Numbered from the whole stretch's first letter, positions 34,615 to 47,639 are shown. The stretch: 63,812 nucleotides of DNA, filler included, from Octopus bimaculoides (GCF_001194135.2; 5 parts of 5 records of this genome joined end to end with filler, not necessarily neighbours in it), one strand, 5' to 3'. Translations and numbers: made by a program. The notes: generated from the letters alone by a model not told the origin.

Positions 34615-35819
34615 TATTTCTCGTGGGTTGAGTCTAAAAAGAAATGAAATTAAAGGGAATTATCAGCTGTTAAAGTGAATATATACGTTGTATGTATGTA
34701 TGTATGTATGTTAAAGTGAGTATATATATTGTCTTTGTATGTGTGTATGTGTGTGTGTGTATATAATTATGCATATGAAAGTGTACAACATTATACTTAA
34801 ACACTTACCTCCATGTATGTGAGTGTGAGGAGGTTTGCATGTATGTGTGTGTGTGTGTGTGCCTATTTTTGTATGCCTGCATATATGTGGTGTATGTTTT
34901 GTCTATATACTATTTCAACAATTAAACAATATTAAAGGAGAGAGAAAAAGATTTATTCTTAAAATCCATTTGCTTAACCTGTTATGAATTCACTATTACC
35001 TTAGGTTACACAGAGGTGAATACAGATACGTTGAATTCAATTCTCATTCCGGTGACTTAGTTCGGCTTTAACACAGATATATATTCGTGATACCAGTAAA
35101 AAAAATGTCGTTTTCTTTCTGTCAGTTCCTTCGCCCTTAGTCAATTTATTTCTGCCAGTTACAAAGTTATTTGGCCGAAACTTAGTTTTTCACATCTAAT
35201 TCTAATCGTTCGGCACATGTTCGCGATACCTGTAAAAATAAAAGCCAGGTCTTTTGTGAATTTCATACTTTCTTTCTGTGATCTTTAGTCAGTTTCTTTC
35301 TGTTAGCAACAAAGCAATGTCGTTCAGACTTAGTTTTTCACTCGCCTTTCTTCCACTCGAGCCCTAAATCTTTCTCCTACCACATACTTTGTAGCGAATA
35401 ACTATAATGACTGGAGAAGAGATTTTCAATGTAAAGCCATCCAATATACAAAGTTTTGTATTCTTTTCCAACTCGTCGCAATCGTATAATAACGCAGCAG
35501 TTCAATAAAATCTGTCATATTTGCAGACGATCTTCCGTCAATTCCATTCAATGCATCAAAAAATTATCTAGTTATTGCATCTCATTTATTACACACAGAC
35601 ACCTTTTCACAGACATACACACACATACATACTCTGGTTCAAGTGGAGCGAGAAAACGACATCCCAGAAGAATAAAATGCCTGGTACAGAGAATAGTATG
35701 AGTTGTTCAGCAGACGTGGGCTTAATGAAGTGTTCGGTTAAAAATTCAGAAGCCTGGAGGGTAGAACGACCTAAATGTGACTACAATGACCAAGTTCAGG
35801 ACACGAGTTCGAATTATAT

Positions 35820-36568
35820 TGGTTTCAAATTTTGGCACAAGGCCAGTAATTTCGGGGTAGGGGCTAAGTCGACTACATCGACCCCAGTATTCAACTGGTA
35901 GTTATTTTATTGACTCTGGGAGGTTAGAAAGCAAAGTCGACCTCGGCGGAATTTGACTAGGTCGAAATATATATGTATATGATTACGGTTTCTGATTTAT
36001 GCTCAAGGCCAGCACTTTTAGGGAGAGGGAATAAGTTGATTACATCGACCCTTGTACTTGACAGGTATTATCCTTTATCGACCCCGAAAGGATGAAAGGC
36101 AAAGTTAACCTCTGTTGGAATTGAACTCAGAACGTAAAGAGCCAGAACAAAGGCCAAAAAACATTTTTTCCCCGACGATCCAACAATTTTGCCAATCCAC
36201 GATCGATCCCTAAACTCGAGGAGTACTTTATGAGAGGAAAGGCAAAATTAACCGCGGCGGGATTTGAACTCAGAACGTAAAGAACCGGACCAAATACTGC
36301 AGGGCATATCCCTTCCCCCATCCCCTAACGATTCTTATTTCTTTATAGCCCCACAAGGAGCTAAACATAGAGGAGGCAGACAAGGACAGACAAAGAGATT
36401 AAGTCGATTACATTGACCCCAGTGCGTAACTGGTACTTAATTTATCGACCCCCGGAAGGATGAAAGGCACAGTCGGCCTCAGCGGAATTTGAACTCAGAA
36501 CGTAACGGCAGACGAAATACCGCTGAGCATTTCACCCGGGGTGCTAACGTTTCTGCCAGCTCACCGCC
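35820..36568 (-). mobile_element. Four same-orientation SINE family B copies
   Basis: Copies at about 35820-35960, 35990-36215, 36240-36310 and 36340-36568; repeated gaactcagaacgtaa and gatgaaaggcaaagt motifs. Confidence 0.85.
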
Positions 36569-37444
36569 TTCTTTTTTGGCGATTCCGACGAGGAACTCTA
36601 ACGATTCTGCTAACCCACCGTCCTTCAGCCAGTATTTAATAATGAAGATATGTAGTCCAACTTTTTTTCTTTTAGCAATGTTTGCAAAGCAAAATTAAAG
36701 CAATTGCTTTCCGCTTTTCGTATTTCTTTCTTTCTTTCCTTGTTTGTTTGTTTGTTCGAGCAATTTGAATATATGCTGAGTTAGCGGACAGGTTATATAT
36801 AAAAATGAGATCAGTCACGAAACGCAATAAAAGTACGCTCACCCAATTAAAGTTTAAAAGCTATTAGTGCAAGCTACAATCAAATGGTGATTGTATATTT
36901 TATAATATTTTCTAATACACAAAATACAGCCGAATGCAGACTACATGTGCATATATACCAGTACTACAACACATATTCAAATACTGACTACATAATATAG
37001 ATATCAAACACACACAAAATAAATAAATTAATTAAAAACACCGGAAACTTCAATATGACTGATAGAAGGCTTTTATTTTTCTTAAATTTTCATTATTTTA
37101 TTTAAGATATTGAATAAACGTGATATTTTTCCACATACGTTTAATTGCTTGTGTTGTTGTTTACGTACAAGCCTTGTATTGTCAGTTAAGCGATGTAAGA
37201 TATTATTTGTTTAATGACTTTAAAACTATAAATTACGGTATTTAAATGAAACTAACTAAAAGGATATCAGGCGTTGCCCAGGAAATAAAAGGACTCGGTG
37301 GCCAGTTTGTTGAATGAGATCATAGTAGTTCAGCATAAAATATCTGATTTCAAACACAATGTTTATATTATTTGTAACAGAAATACACGTTACTTTTTTA
37401 ATTCTTAAAATTTTACTTGCGTTTCAGTAACGCGCTATTAAAGG

Positions 37445-37494
<50 letters not shown>

Positions 37495-38423
37495 CAGACA
37501 TACACACACAAACAAACAATCAAACAAACACACACCTACATACACACATAATCACACACAGAGATATCTATCATCGACACACACACAGACACACTTACAT
37601 ACAGATATCCATTACATACACACACACACACACACACACGTTATTAAATGTTTTATGCGTAATACAGCATGTATTAGAAATCCTACGTTAAATTTAATGG
37701 GATTAGATTACAGTTAAATCATTCTTTGGAATTTAAATATATGTAAACACATTTTGTTATTCTCTTTCTTATACAGAAAAGTAAAGGAGATTATTTTGAC
37801 ATCTTTTTTTAGATCATTGCTACTCAACAGAGTATAAAGTAGTCCTCAACATTTTGTGCACGAAAAGAACTTATAGCAATCGCTATTTAGATGAAACATA
37901 AGCCAGAACTTAACTGTAGCAGCTAGATTAATTTATTTGCTGCGAGCCACATACAATCAAGTGGAGAATCGTGTAAAAATCCAAGCCAAGTGTTAATGGA
38001 TTTAAGAAATGCAACTTATGCGTAGCAGAAAGATCTAATATTGTAAGATCCAAAAATTCCACCACACTAGCAAATTCCAGATCTGAAGTTTTTAGCAGGT
38101 GCAAACACATTGACGGGTTTCTCTTGTCGAATTGGAAAACATTACTCGTTCCAGATTGAGATGCTGTCTCACAGACTTCGACATCTTTTCTGTTATAGAA
38201 GCTGCATTCCCTTTCTCATTCCCTTTTTTGCATCAACTTTCTTCGTGTTTTTCTTCTTGTGTCTCTTTATTTTCTCACTATCCAGCGTCCTAGTTTTTAA
38301 AATATCACGCATAAACAGAGTCTGAAAGATTAAATGGAGATTCATGGCATATTTAATAGATACGTCTATCTAAAGTATCACAAAAGAATGAAACTACTAA
38401 CACTTCTTTTGGTATGGGCTTAA

Positions 38424-38495
<72 letters not shown>

Positions 38496-38497
<2 letters not shown>

Positions 38498-38853
38498 CTC
38501 TTTTACTTGTTTCAGTCATTTGACTGTGGCCATGCTGGAGCACCGCCTTTAGTCTAGCAAATTGACCCCAAGACTTATTCTTTGTAAGCCTAGTAGTTAT
38601 TATATCGGTCTCTTTTGCCGAATCGCTAAGTTACGGGAACGTAAACACACCAGCATCGGTTGTCANNNNNNNNNNNNNNNNNNNNNNNNNNNNNNNNNNN
38701 NNNNNNNNNNNNNNNNNNNNNNNNNNNNNNNNNNNNNNNNNNNNNNNNNNNNNNNNNNNNNNNNNNNNNNNNNNNNNNNNNNNNNNNNNNNNNNNNNNNN
38801 NNNNNNNNNNNNNNNNNNNNNNNNNNNNNNNNNNNNNNNNNNNNNNNNNNNNN

Positions 38854-38884
<31 letters not shown>

Positions 38885-39059
38885 TACGACGGGCTTCTTT
38901 CAGTTTCTTTCAGTTTCCATCTACCAAATCCACTCACAAGGCTTTGGTCGGTCCGAGGCTATAGTAGAAGACACTTGCCCAAGGTGCCACGCAGCGGGAC
39001 TGAACCCGGGACCATGTGGTTCGTAAGCAAGCTACTTACCACACAGCCACTCCTACGCC
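38496..39059 (-). mobile_element. Full-length SINE family A (head, internal microsatellite/gap, tail)
   Basis: Head ggcgtaggagtggctgtgtggtaagtagc starts at 39059; tail ...ctccagcatggccacagtcaaatgactgaaacaagtaaaagagta ends at 38496. The middle is an N-gap, so continuity is assumed. Confidence 0.85.
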
Positions 39060-39064
39060 TATGG

Positions 39065-39166
39065 AAAATATGGAACGCTTCGCGAATTTGCGTGTCACCC
39101 TTGCGCAGGGGACATGCTAGTTTTCTCTGTAACGTTCCAATTTTAGAATATGTACCGCCGTAGCTA

Positions 39167-39170
<4 letters not shown>
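39065..39170 (-). pseudogene. U6: Full-length U6 snRNA retrocopy/pseudogene
   Basis: Minus strand ATACTAGCTACGGCGGTACATATTCTAAAATTGGAACGTTACAGAGAAAACTAGCATGTCCCCTGCGCAAGGGTGACACGCAAATTCGCGAAGCGTTCCATATTTT aligns without gaps to canonical U6 as I recall it (13 mismatches in 106 nt). ACAGAGA box retained. Upstream flank is (TA)n, with no PSE/TATA visible. Confidence 0.92.
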
Positions 39171-39197
<27 letters not shown>

Positions 39198-39874
39198 NNN
39201 NNNNNNNNNNNNNNNNNNNNNNNNNNNNNNNNNNNATCTTTTTCTTTTTTTTTTCTGTTTACACAGAATTTGAACTCACAAACGTAAAACTGGATGAATT
39301 GCTGCAAGGCATTAAGTCCAGCATGACAAGGATTTTGCCAGCGCGCCGCCTTGCTATAGTTGAAATAATGACGACATGGTAACGGCTGTATTAACTAAGG
39401 CCATGGGTACGTTCGATCAAAACTGATCTGAGTCTAAATTATAATAACTAACATTATCACCTCAAAACTATCACCACCACCACCACCAACAACAACAAAA
39501 AGAGCAGCAATAGCAGCAACGACAACCCTAACGTCTTTTGATTCTCAAATGACGATATAGTTATAATTTAAGGAGAGTCTAATCTATATATGACTTTTTT
39601 CTAATAACGAGGCCATGTATGGGAAACACAAAATGGCGTCCGTTCATTCCGGAAATAGAATTTAATTACTCATCATCAGAGATATTTAGCATATTTTGTT
39701 TTACATTTTGTGTCAATACTTGATGATGCCTAAGATTCATAATCAAAATATTCTATTATTTATTTATTTATTTATTCATTTATTGTTATTTAAAATTTTT
39801 TCATTTTATCTTTGCTATTTACAGTCATTTTTGCTATTAGTTTTCTTAGTACTGCTGTTGTGCCCACCGTTGAT

Positions 39875-40377
<503 letters not shown>

Positions 40378-40559
40378 GACTATTATCATTATCTAACGTC
40401 CGTTACTACTCAGCCAGTCATCGTGTGGCTATATTCACTGGATATGTCTAAAGTGAAGAAGTCAGCTTATAAATAATATACAATGAGACGTTGTGAGGCC
40501 GACACTGATAACGACTAATTATATCATTTTCGGTATGTGTGCATACCAATGCATGGATG

Positions 40560-40913
40560 CATACATACATATACATATATATATATGCTTATAGATATAA
40601 ATATACATGTATATATATATATATATCATACATACATGCATCCATATATATGTGTGTGTGTGTGTGTATGAATGCATGCATATGAAAACACTGGATTGCA
40701 CAAACACAAACACACACACATATATATATTGAGACAGATACACACTAACAGAGAAACAAACATATCTCTATGTGTGTGCTTCTCAAGAACATGTGTACAG
40801 GAACGTACAAACAGGCGCACATTCCACCATTCTTTAAATACAAACACATCCTTGCACACGCTAACAAATTCACATTTATCGTTGTGCATCCTTATGCGAT
40901 CAGTCTCAGCTGT

Positions 40914-40985
<72 letters not shown>

Positions 40986-41207
40986 GTATATATGTATGTA
41001 TGTATGTATGTATATATATATGTGTGCGTGAGTGTGTGTATGTTTATATATATATATATATATACATATACACACATACACATACATATATATATATACA
41101 TATATCCATATACATACACACACATATATATATATATATATACATATGCATAGATATAAATATACATATATGTGTAGTCTATATATTTATAAATATATAT
41201 ATATTTG

Positions 41208-41261
<54 letters not shown>

Positions 41262-41962
41262 TGCGTGTGTGTGCGCGCGTGTGTGAGTGTTTGTATGTAC
41301 ACCTGCCATTTTGTAAAGATTTTACCGAAAATAAATTATATGAATGTACATGTATGTATGTGGATATATACATCCGTTTAAGCATGTATGTATGCATACG
41401 ATGCATATACAAACATTCTTGCGCACAGGTACACATGGACGCGGCCCTGCACACACTCATACATCGCGACTAATTATATGTTAATTATATCCTTCGTACA
41501 TGTGTATGTAGAATTATATTTAGTTGAGTACAAATGATACAATGTGCGCGTTAAATTGAGGTCTAAAACTATGGAACCTCCCCCTCCCCACGCACACACA
41601 CACACACGTTTACACACATTGTCTTATCTGCACACATTCAAACACATGGACATGCGCATACACATTCCTGACATACATGCATAAATACATCATATATACA
41701 GATACATATACACGTGCACACGTACACCTTTGTATGTAAATATATATAGATATGTGTATATATTTAAATGTATATCTATCTATCTATCTATCATACACAC
41801 AAACACACACACATGCACTCACACACACACACTCATACACTTACACGCATTCACACACACAGACAGACACACAGACACACACACACACATATATACTGAT
41901 ACATACATACATATATATATTTATATGTATGTATGAATATATATATATATATATATATATAT
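40560..41962. repeat. Large compound TA/CA/TG/TACA microsatellite field
   Basis: Direct reading; source of most spurious YI/HT/CV ORFs. Confidence 0.9.
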
Positions 41963-42449
41963 NNNNNNNNNNNNNNNNNNNNNNNNNNNNNNNNNNNNNN
42001 NNNNNNNNNNNNNNNNNNNNNNNNNNNNNNNNNNNNNNNNNNNNNNNNNNNNNNNNNNNNNNNNNNNNNNNNNNNNNNNNNNNNNNNNNNNNNNNNNNNN
42101 NNNNNNNNNNNNNNNNNNNNNNNNNNNNNNNNNNNNNNNNNNNNNNNNNNNNNNNNNNNNNNNNNNNNNNNNNNNNNNNNNNNNNNNNNNNNNNNNNNNN
42201 NNNNNNNNNNNNNNNNNNNNNNNNNNNNNNNNNNNNNNNNNNNNNNNNNNNNNNNATATATTTAAATAACACGCGTGGCCTATAAGCAAAGAAAAAAAAT
42301 AATTCAGAGCAGTTAATTATTTTATTATCACAGATCGCTTTATGATGGGGAGGTCCACTGGAGCTGGTAGAAGAATTCTGTTGAAATTCCAGAACATCGA
42401 CGCCAACAAAAACTGGTGGCATGACCATCGATGGGAAGGGCACTTACTC

Positions 42450-42615
42450 GGTGTGGGTGAATCGTTAGTGCACCTGGGAAGAGGCTTTCGATTATTTTAG
42501 GAACTTCTCTTTGGGTTCTGAGCTCGAATTTAGTCGATGTAAACTTTGCATTTTTTGAGAGATCGACAAAAATGAAATACCAGTTAATTACTGGTGTTTG
42601 ATTTCATCGGTTGAG
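42450..42615 (+). mobile_element. Degenerate SINE family B
   Basis: gaatcgttagtgcacctggg...gttctgagctcgaatt...gatcgacaaaaatgaaataccag. Confidence 0.75.
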
Positions 42616-42774
42616 TTACGAGTAACCTTTTACGAGAAGCTGGCCGCATGAGTCGTGGCTGATTAACAGGCGATTACAGATTATGTACATTCCGGCCAAA
42701 TTATTTATGTATATTTCCTGATTGGTATAAGTGGAAACAGCATCAAAAGTATATACATATATACGTACATACAT

Positions 42775-42823
<49 letters not shown>

Positions 42824-42825
42824 CA

Positions 42826-43399
42826 CAGAGAGGCAGGAAGTAAATAAACACCTTTAATTTTCAAAATCTTTTATTTGATATAAATTGGTTGATGGAGAGG
42901 TTTTCTTCTAGCTGCTTGTCCATAATTCCCAAGCTTATGCAGATATGTAACACACATTCTTGGACTAACTTCTAGCTCTTTTGCAATGCCAGAAGCTTTC
43001 GAACGGGGTTCGTTTTCCACAATTCTCTTCAAACTGTGAAGCTTCCTTTCCGAGGGCTCAGGTTGGCCAGGACGAGAATCTGTTGATTCTTTTCCTTGGC
43101 TTTTTAATTGCACTATAATTCTATTAACAATAGCAAGAGGAATTTGAAGATTTTCAGCAATTTTTCGCTGACTAAGACCACCCTCAGATTGCCCAACAAT
43201 ACGACCTCAGTGAAAATCTGACAGTTCTGCTGAATTTTTTGTGCGTGGCATGGTTACTCTTCGCAAATGTTTAATATAATGGCACCTGGAATAAAAAAGA
43301 ATAATTACATTGTAATTTCTACACCGCGGAAAACATATTAAGACGCTTAGATCAGAAATTTTGAAAATTAAAGGTGTCAATTTACTTCCGGCATGTCTA
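42826..43399 (-). mobile_element. Internally deleted Tc1-like DNA transposon with both TIRs, retaining only the transposase DNA-binding region
   Basis: TIRs of about 42 bp at 42826-42868 and 43358-43399 (ggaagtaaat..acacctttaattttcaaaat). ATG at 43251: [45 protein letters not shown]...SRPG...[16 protein letters not shown] (paired HTH plus RRKP linker). Sits next to (TA)n. Confidence 0.85.
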
Positions 43400-43749
43400 N
43401 NNNNNNNNNNNNNNNNNNNNNNNNNNNNNNNNNNNNNNNNNNNNNNNNNNNNNNNNNNNNNNNNNNNNNNNNNNNNNNNNNNNNNNNNNNNNNNNNNNNN
43501 NNNNNNNNNNNNNNNNNNNNNNNNNNNNNNNNNNNNNNNNNNNNNNNNNNNNNNNNNNNNNNNNNNNNNNNNNNNNNNNNNNNNNNNNNNNNNNNNNNNN
43601 NNNNNNNNNNNNNNNNNNNNNNNNNNNNNNNNNNNNNNNNNNNNNNNNNNNNNNNNNNNNNNNNNNNNNNNNNNNNNNNNNNNNNNNNNNNNNNNNNNNN
43701 NNNNNNNNNNNNNNNNNNNNNNNNNNATGTATGTATATGTATATGTATA

Positions 43750-44285
43750 GGGGGAGAATTCACAGAAAAACAAAAGACGAAGACAGGTGGTGTAGAAAAA
43801 AAACAGATGTATTAGTTTAACGCTCGGGAAGTGAAAAAGTCTTTAACGTTTTGAGCCTACGCTCTTCCACAGAAAGAAACACAGAAAGAAACAAGGAGAG
43901 AAAATAAAGAATGTGTAGTGGCTAGCGATCTATCATGGCGAATGCCGGACAGAGGGGTCACACAGGAGAGCTAGGAAGAAGGGGAGATAATAAAGTAGTG
44001 GTGATACCAAAACGAAGGTGCGCGTGCGTGTGTATAAGAAAGTATGTGCGTGTGGAAGAGGGCTGGTGACCTTATGTATGCGTGTGTGCATGTGTAGGTG
44101 TGTTAATGTGGGGCTGGGAAGTGGTCAGTGCTAGTGTGTGCATGGTGGTGTGATGTGATGTGATGTGGTGTTGTGTGGTAGGGTGGTGTATGGTGTAGTG
44201 TTGTGTGGTGTGGTGTGATGGTATTGGGAGATGGGGAGTCGAGAGTGGGGAAAGCAAGAGTGGGGTGTGGATGCACGAATGGCTT
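43750..44285 (-). mobile_element. Probable Penelope-derived non-coding terminal segment (same family as 991-1110)
   Basis: Direct similarity to 991-1110 and 50030-50085; includes a GTGTG-type pentamer tract. Confidence 0.55.
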
Positions 44286-44291
44286 TATCAT

Positions 44292-44530
44292 ACGGTGGCG
44301 AGTTTTACAATCCTGTAAATAAAAATAATGGTATTTATATATGCTTAAAGCTAATAGTGTGTAATGGTAACACACTTAGTCGCGTTAACGAAGGAATGTG
44401 GGTTCGAGTTCCACCCAGTTGGGAAAGCCTACTTTTTTTCTGTCGAAGGTTTATATGCCCCATTATTAGACTATTTTTCTTCGTCATTGCGCGGTGATCG
44501 CTATAAGCTTTACGCTTATATAAATACCAT
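44292..44530 (+). mobile_element. Family E element: tRNA-like cassette between inverted repeats
   Basis: 44328-44357 and 44501-44530 are a 30-bp inverted repeat with 3 mismatches; between them tagtgtgtaatggtaacac (A box/D arm) and ggttcgagttcc (B box). Confidence 0.7.
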
Positions 44531-44545
44531 ATATGTATATGTATA

Positions 44546-44594
<49 letters not shown>

Positions 44595-44741
44595 NNNNNN
44601 NNNNNNNNNNNNNNNNNNNNNNNNNNNNNNNNNNNNNNTTAATTAATTAANNNNNNNNNNNNNNNNNNNNNNNNNNNNNNNNNNNNNNNNNNNNAGAGAG
44701 AGAGAGAGAGAGAGAGAGATGTGTATATAAATTTATATGCA

Positions 44742-44793
<52 letters not shown>

Positions 44794-45424
44794 TACATAT
44801 AGATATGACTGCATATTCATATACATATACCTGAACACGCACATACATGTACGTATGTGTGTATGCATATATGTATGTATCTATCTTTGTATGTGTGTGT
44901 GTGTATGCATATGTATGCATATATGTATCTGTGTATGTATGCAGTAAGTTTGTATGTATGTATATGTTCAAGATTTTCATCTCTTAGACATTCCATTCAT
45001 CATTTGATCCAATATTTCATGTCGAAAACTAATTTAGTAGCGAAAACAATGCCACACGTCCTAGAAGCCGCGCATCAATGAAAAGTTCATATTAGCAGCA
45101 CAAGTACCGATTGGTCGTGTGTATGAGAAGATCGTTTCACAACCGTGTTGTATTGGGTAGCATCCTGATGCCTGTCACACTCTTGAATGAATTTTAGTTG
45201 GTTATATTGTCCTCAGTATTTATCTAATTTCTTATAACTTTAAATTGCTTCACGAATTGGATTGTACCATGGTGAACATCGCCTGGAATGGGTTTAGTCG
45301 AATAAATATACCCCAATATATATGGGTTTTTTGTAAGTCATGTTCTTTCTCTCTCAGCCCCATTACCGAACTCATAGTTTACGAAGACATAAGTAAAATA
45401 ACATCGGGTTTTAAACACATATGG

Positions 45425-45600
45425 AGAGACATGCCAGTGTTGGTTTGTTGATGTCCTCTTAACTTAACAGTGTAGCAAAAACGCCTTATAGAATAAATCC
45501 CAGACTTGCAAAAATTAATTACTGGTATCGATTTGATGAAACCCTGCAAAATGGTTCGCCAGTATGGCTGCAGTCCAGTGAGTGAAACATGTAATACACT
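45425..45600 (+). mobile_element. Degenerate SINE family A tail half
   Basis: Matches the reverse complement of 38496-38665. Confidence 0.7.
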
Positions 45601-45777
45601 AACAGAATATATTTGTTGTGTAAGAAGCAAGATAAAAATATAGTGTCTTCAAATTAACCGTAGACTTCAGAAATAGCAGAATGTTAGTAAGAAGTGGCGA
45701 GAGAGTTGATTGACGATTGCAAACCATGTATACAATAGTTTAGTCCCATAACAGCTTCAATATTATTTCTACTTTGG

Positions 45778-45990
45778 GAGTTGAGCTGGCAGAATCGTTA
45801 GCACGTCCGGTAAAATACTTAACGGAATTTTGTCCGTGTTTACTTTCTGAGTTTAAATTTTACCTACGTCAATTTTGTCTTTCATACTTTCGTGGTCGAT
45901 AGCATAAGTTACCAGTTGAACACTGGGATCTGCGTAATCGTCTTAGCCGCCCTTAGGAATGGCTGGCCTTGTGCCAAAAGTTGAAACCAG
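45778..45990 (+). mobile_element. SINE family B, near full length (a further tail at 46615-46712; degenerate copies at 53728-53880 and 56508-56615)
   Basis: gagctggcagaatcgttagcacgtccgg...gtcgatagcataagttaccagttgaacactggg...ggccttgtgccaaaagttgaaa. Confidence 0.85.
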
Positions 45991-46474
45991 TATTATCTTT
46001 CTCCTTAGTAAGCAATGGACTCATGGCATTCTAGCGATGAAGCATCTACGAGGAATTTCACGAATTATTATATAAATATTAACTCCGTTGTTTCCTATAA
46101 ATCAGTAATTCTCAATATTTTTAGCTCAGAACCCGCTTCCACCGAATGTCCCTTTACAAATGTCCCCTCTGCAAGTTTTGACAAACGAAACAACAATTTA
46201 ATTTACTCAAACACGCACAAATTTTGCGCTGTCATTTATTGTCCATATTTTCTTCTATATCCCATTGAACATCTGCTTTTCATTAGACATATGGGTCAAC
46301 TAATTTCGCTTTTGTTACACTTCTACAGAAATTACGAAAGAAGACGAAGTGAGACCTTGTGGCATTATCACTCTTATATCTCTACAGTGATGACATAATG
46401 TTCTATTCGTGTTTTACCTTGTCAAAATCTTTTGATGGAGTTCTTTTTTTAATCTTATTATTGTATCTTTCTTT

Positions 46475-46572
46475 TGTGGTCGAGTTTACCAGAGTTCAGC
46501 TCTCAGTCCTCTCCTATTTGTCATTCTCCTCAAATCCATAACAGGAATTTAAGACAGGCTACCTTTGAGTAA
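46475..46572 (+). mobile_element. RTE-clade RT fragment
   Basis: GRVYQSSALSPLLFVILLKSITG.FKTGYL resembles GVHQGSVLSPLLFIIVL..IT.EFKTGCPWEL. Confidence 0.65.
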
Positions 46573-47639
46573 CCTCATTCTCATAGTGAAATCTGTAGTA
46601 GAATTGGAAAAGAAATTCCAGGTCGATAAAATAAGTCCCCACTGAGCACTGGTGTCTATATAATCGACTTAGCCCTCTCCCGAAATTGCTACTCTTATAG
46701 CAAAATTGAAAAGACCAATGTTCGTATTACATCTGGTTTGAAACTATATTTAAGAATATTTACGACGCCATTACGACCCATTATGCTCTTGATATTTGCC
46801 GCAGCCTTTGTCCCCTTACGACGACCTCCAAGCTGTCAGTTAAGGACCCTTGTTCTAGATCCACAGATAGAATGAAAATCAACATAGTAAATTAAGTATT
46901 TTTTGTGTTTGCGCTTCTTCTGATTGTTAATAAGAATGAGTGTAATCGGAGAACCTCTTTATATAGATCCTTGAAGAATTGAATATTTTATCCATTCAAA
47001 TAACATTATATTTGTTACTGGGCAAGAATGATATACTGTATGTTTTGAGCTCTAGCCGCTATCATTTAAATCAACTCATAAATGAATTATATTCTGAAAA
47101 AGATGTGTGTTTTCAATTCTAATAGATGTGTTTTGTGCGTTGGGGAGAGAGATTTGCATCAAATAACTTTTGTTTATCTTCGTTTATGAGAGGATGATGA
47201 TGAGATAAGAAATTGTGTCCACTAATCGGCGAAACGGATACTATATATGCGTGTGTGCGTATACAGGAGTGTATACGCTTTTGTATTTGCTCACGCATTT
47301 TATACATAAGCACGCACAATTATATATACTCATACATATGCGTATATTTATACATACATGTATGTATCTATGTGAATATATATGTCTGTGTGTATATATA
47401 TATGTGCGTTTGTGTACAAGTGTGTATAAATAATATGATTTAGATGACGAATCTTCAGTGGTTCGAGCAACAGAACTACCTGTACATGGACTTTATAGAA
47501 GTAATGTGTAAATGGCCGAGTATTAAGCAGACGTGTATACCGTTAACCGATCATTAACAAGCAGAATCAGATTTTTTACTTACAGATGCATTCTAACAGA
47601 CAGAGTTCTGTACACTTTCTGCTTCCCTAATTTAATTGG

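Noticed and set aside
39065-39170. Functional U6 gene
   Set aside because: Substitutions in the U2/U6 helix I region (AAGATTAGC to AAAACTAGC) and the ISL, and a (TA)n upstream flank instead of a PSE/TATA.
44352-44425. Genuine tRNA gene (also 13811-13875 and 55930-55995)
   Set aside because: No complete cloverleaf or acceptor stem; embedded in dispersed repeats.
46329-46348. 20-nt microexon (strong acceptor, GTGAGA donor)
   Set aside because: Length not a multiple of three and no supporting context; chance is plausible.
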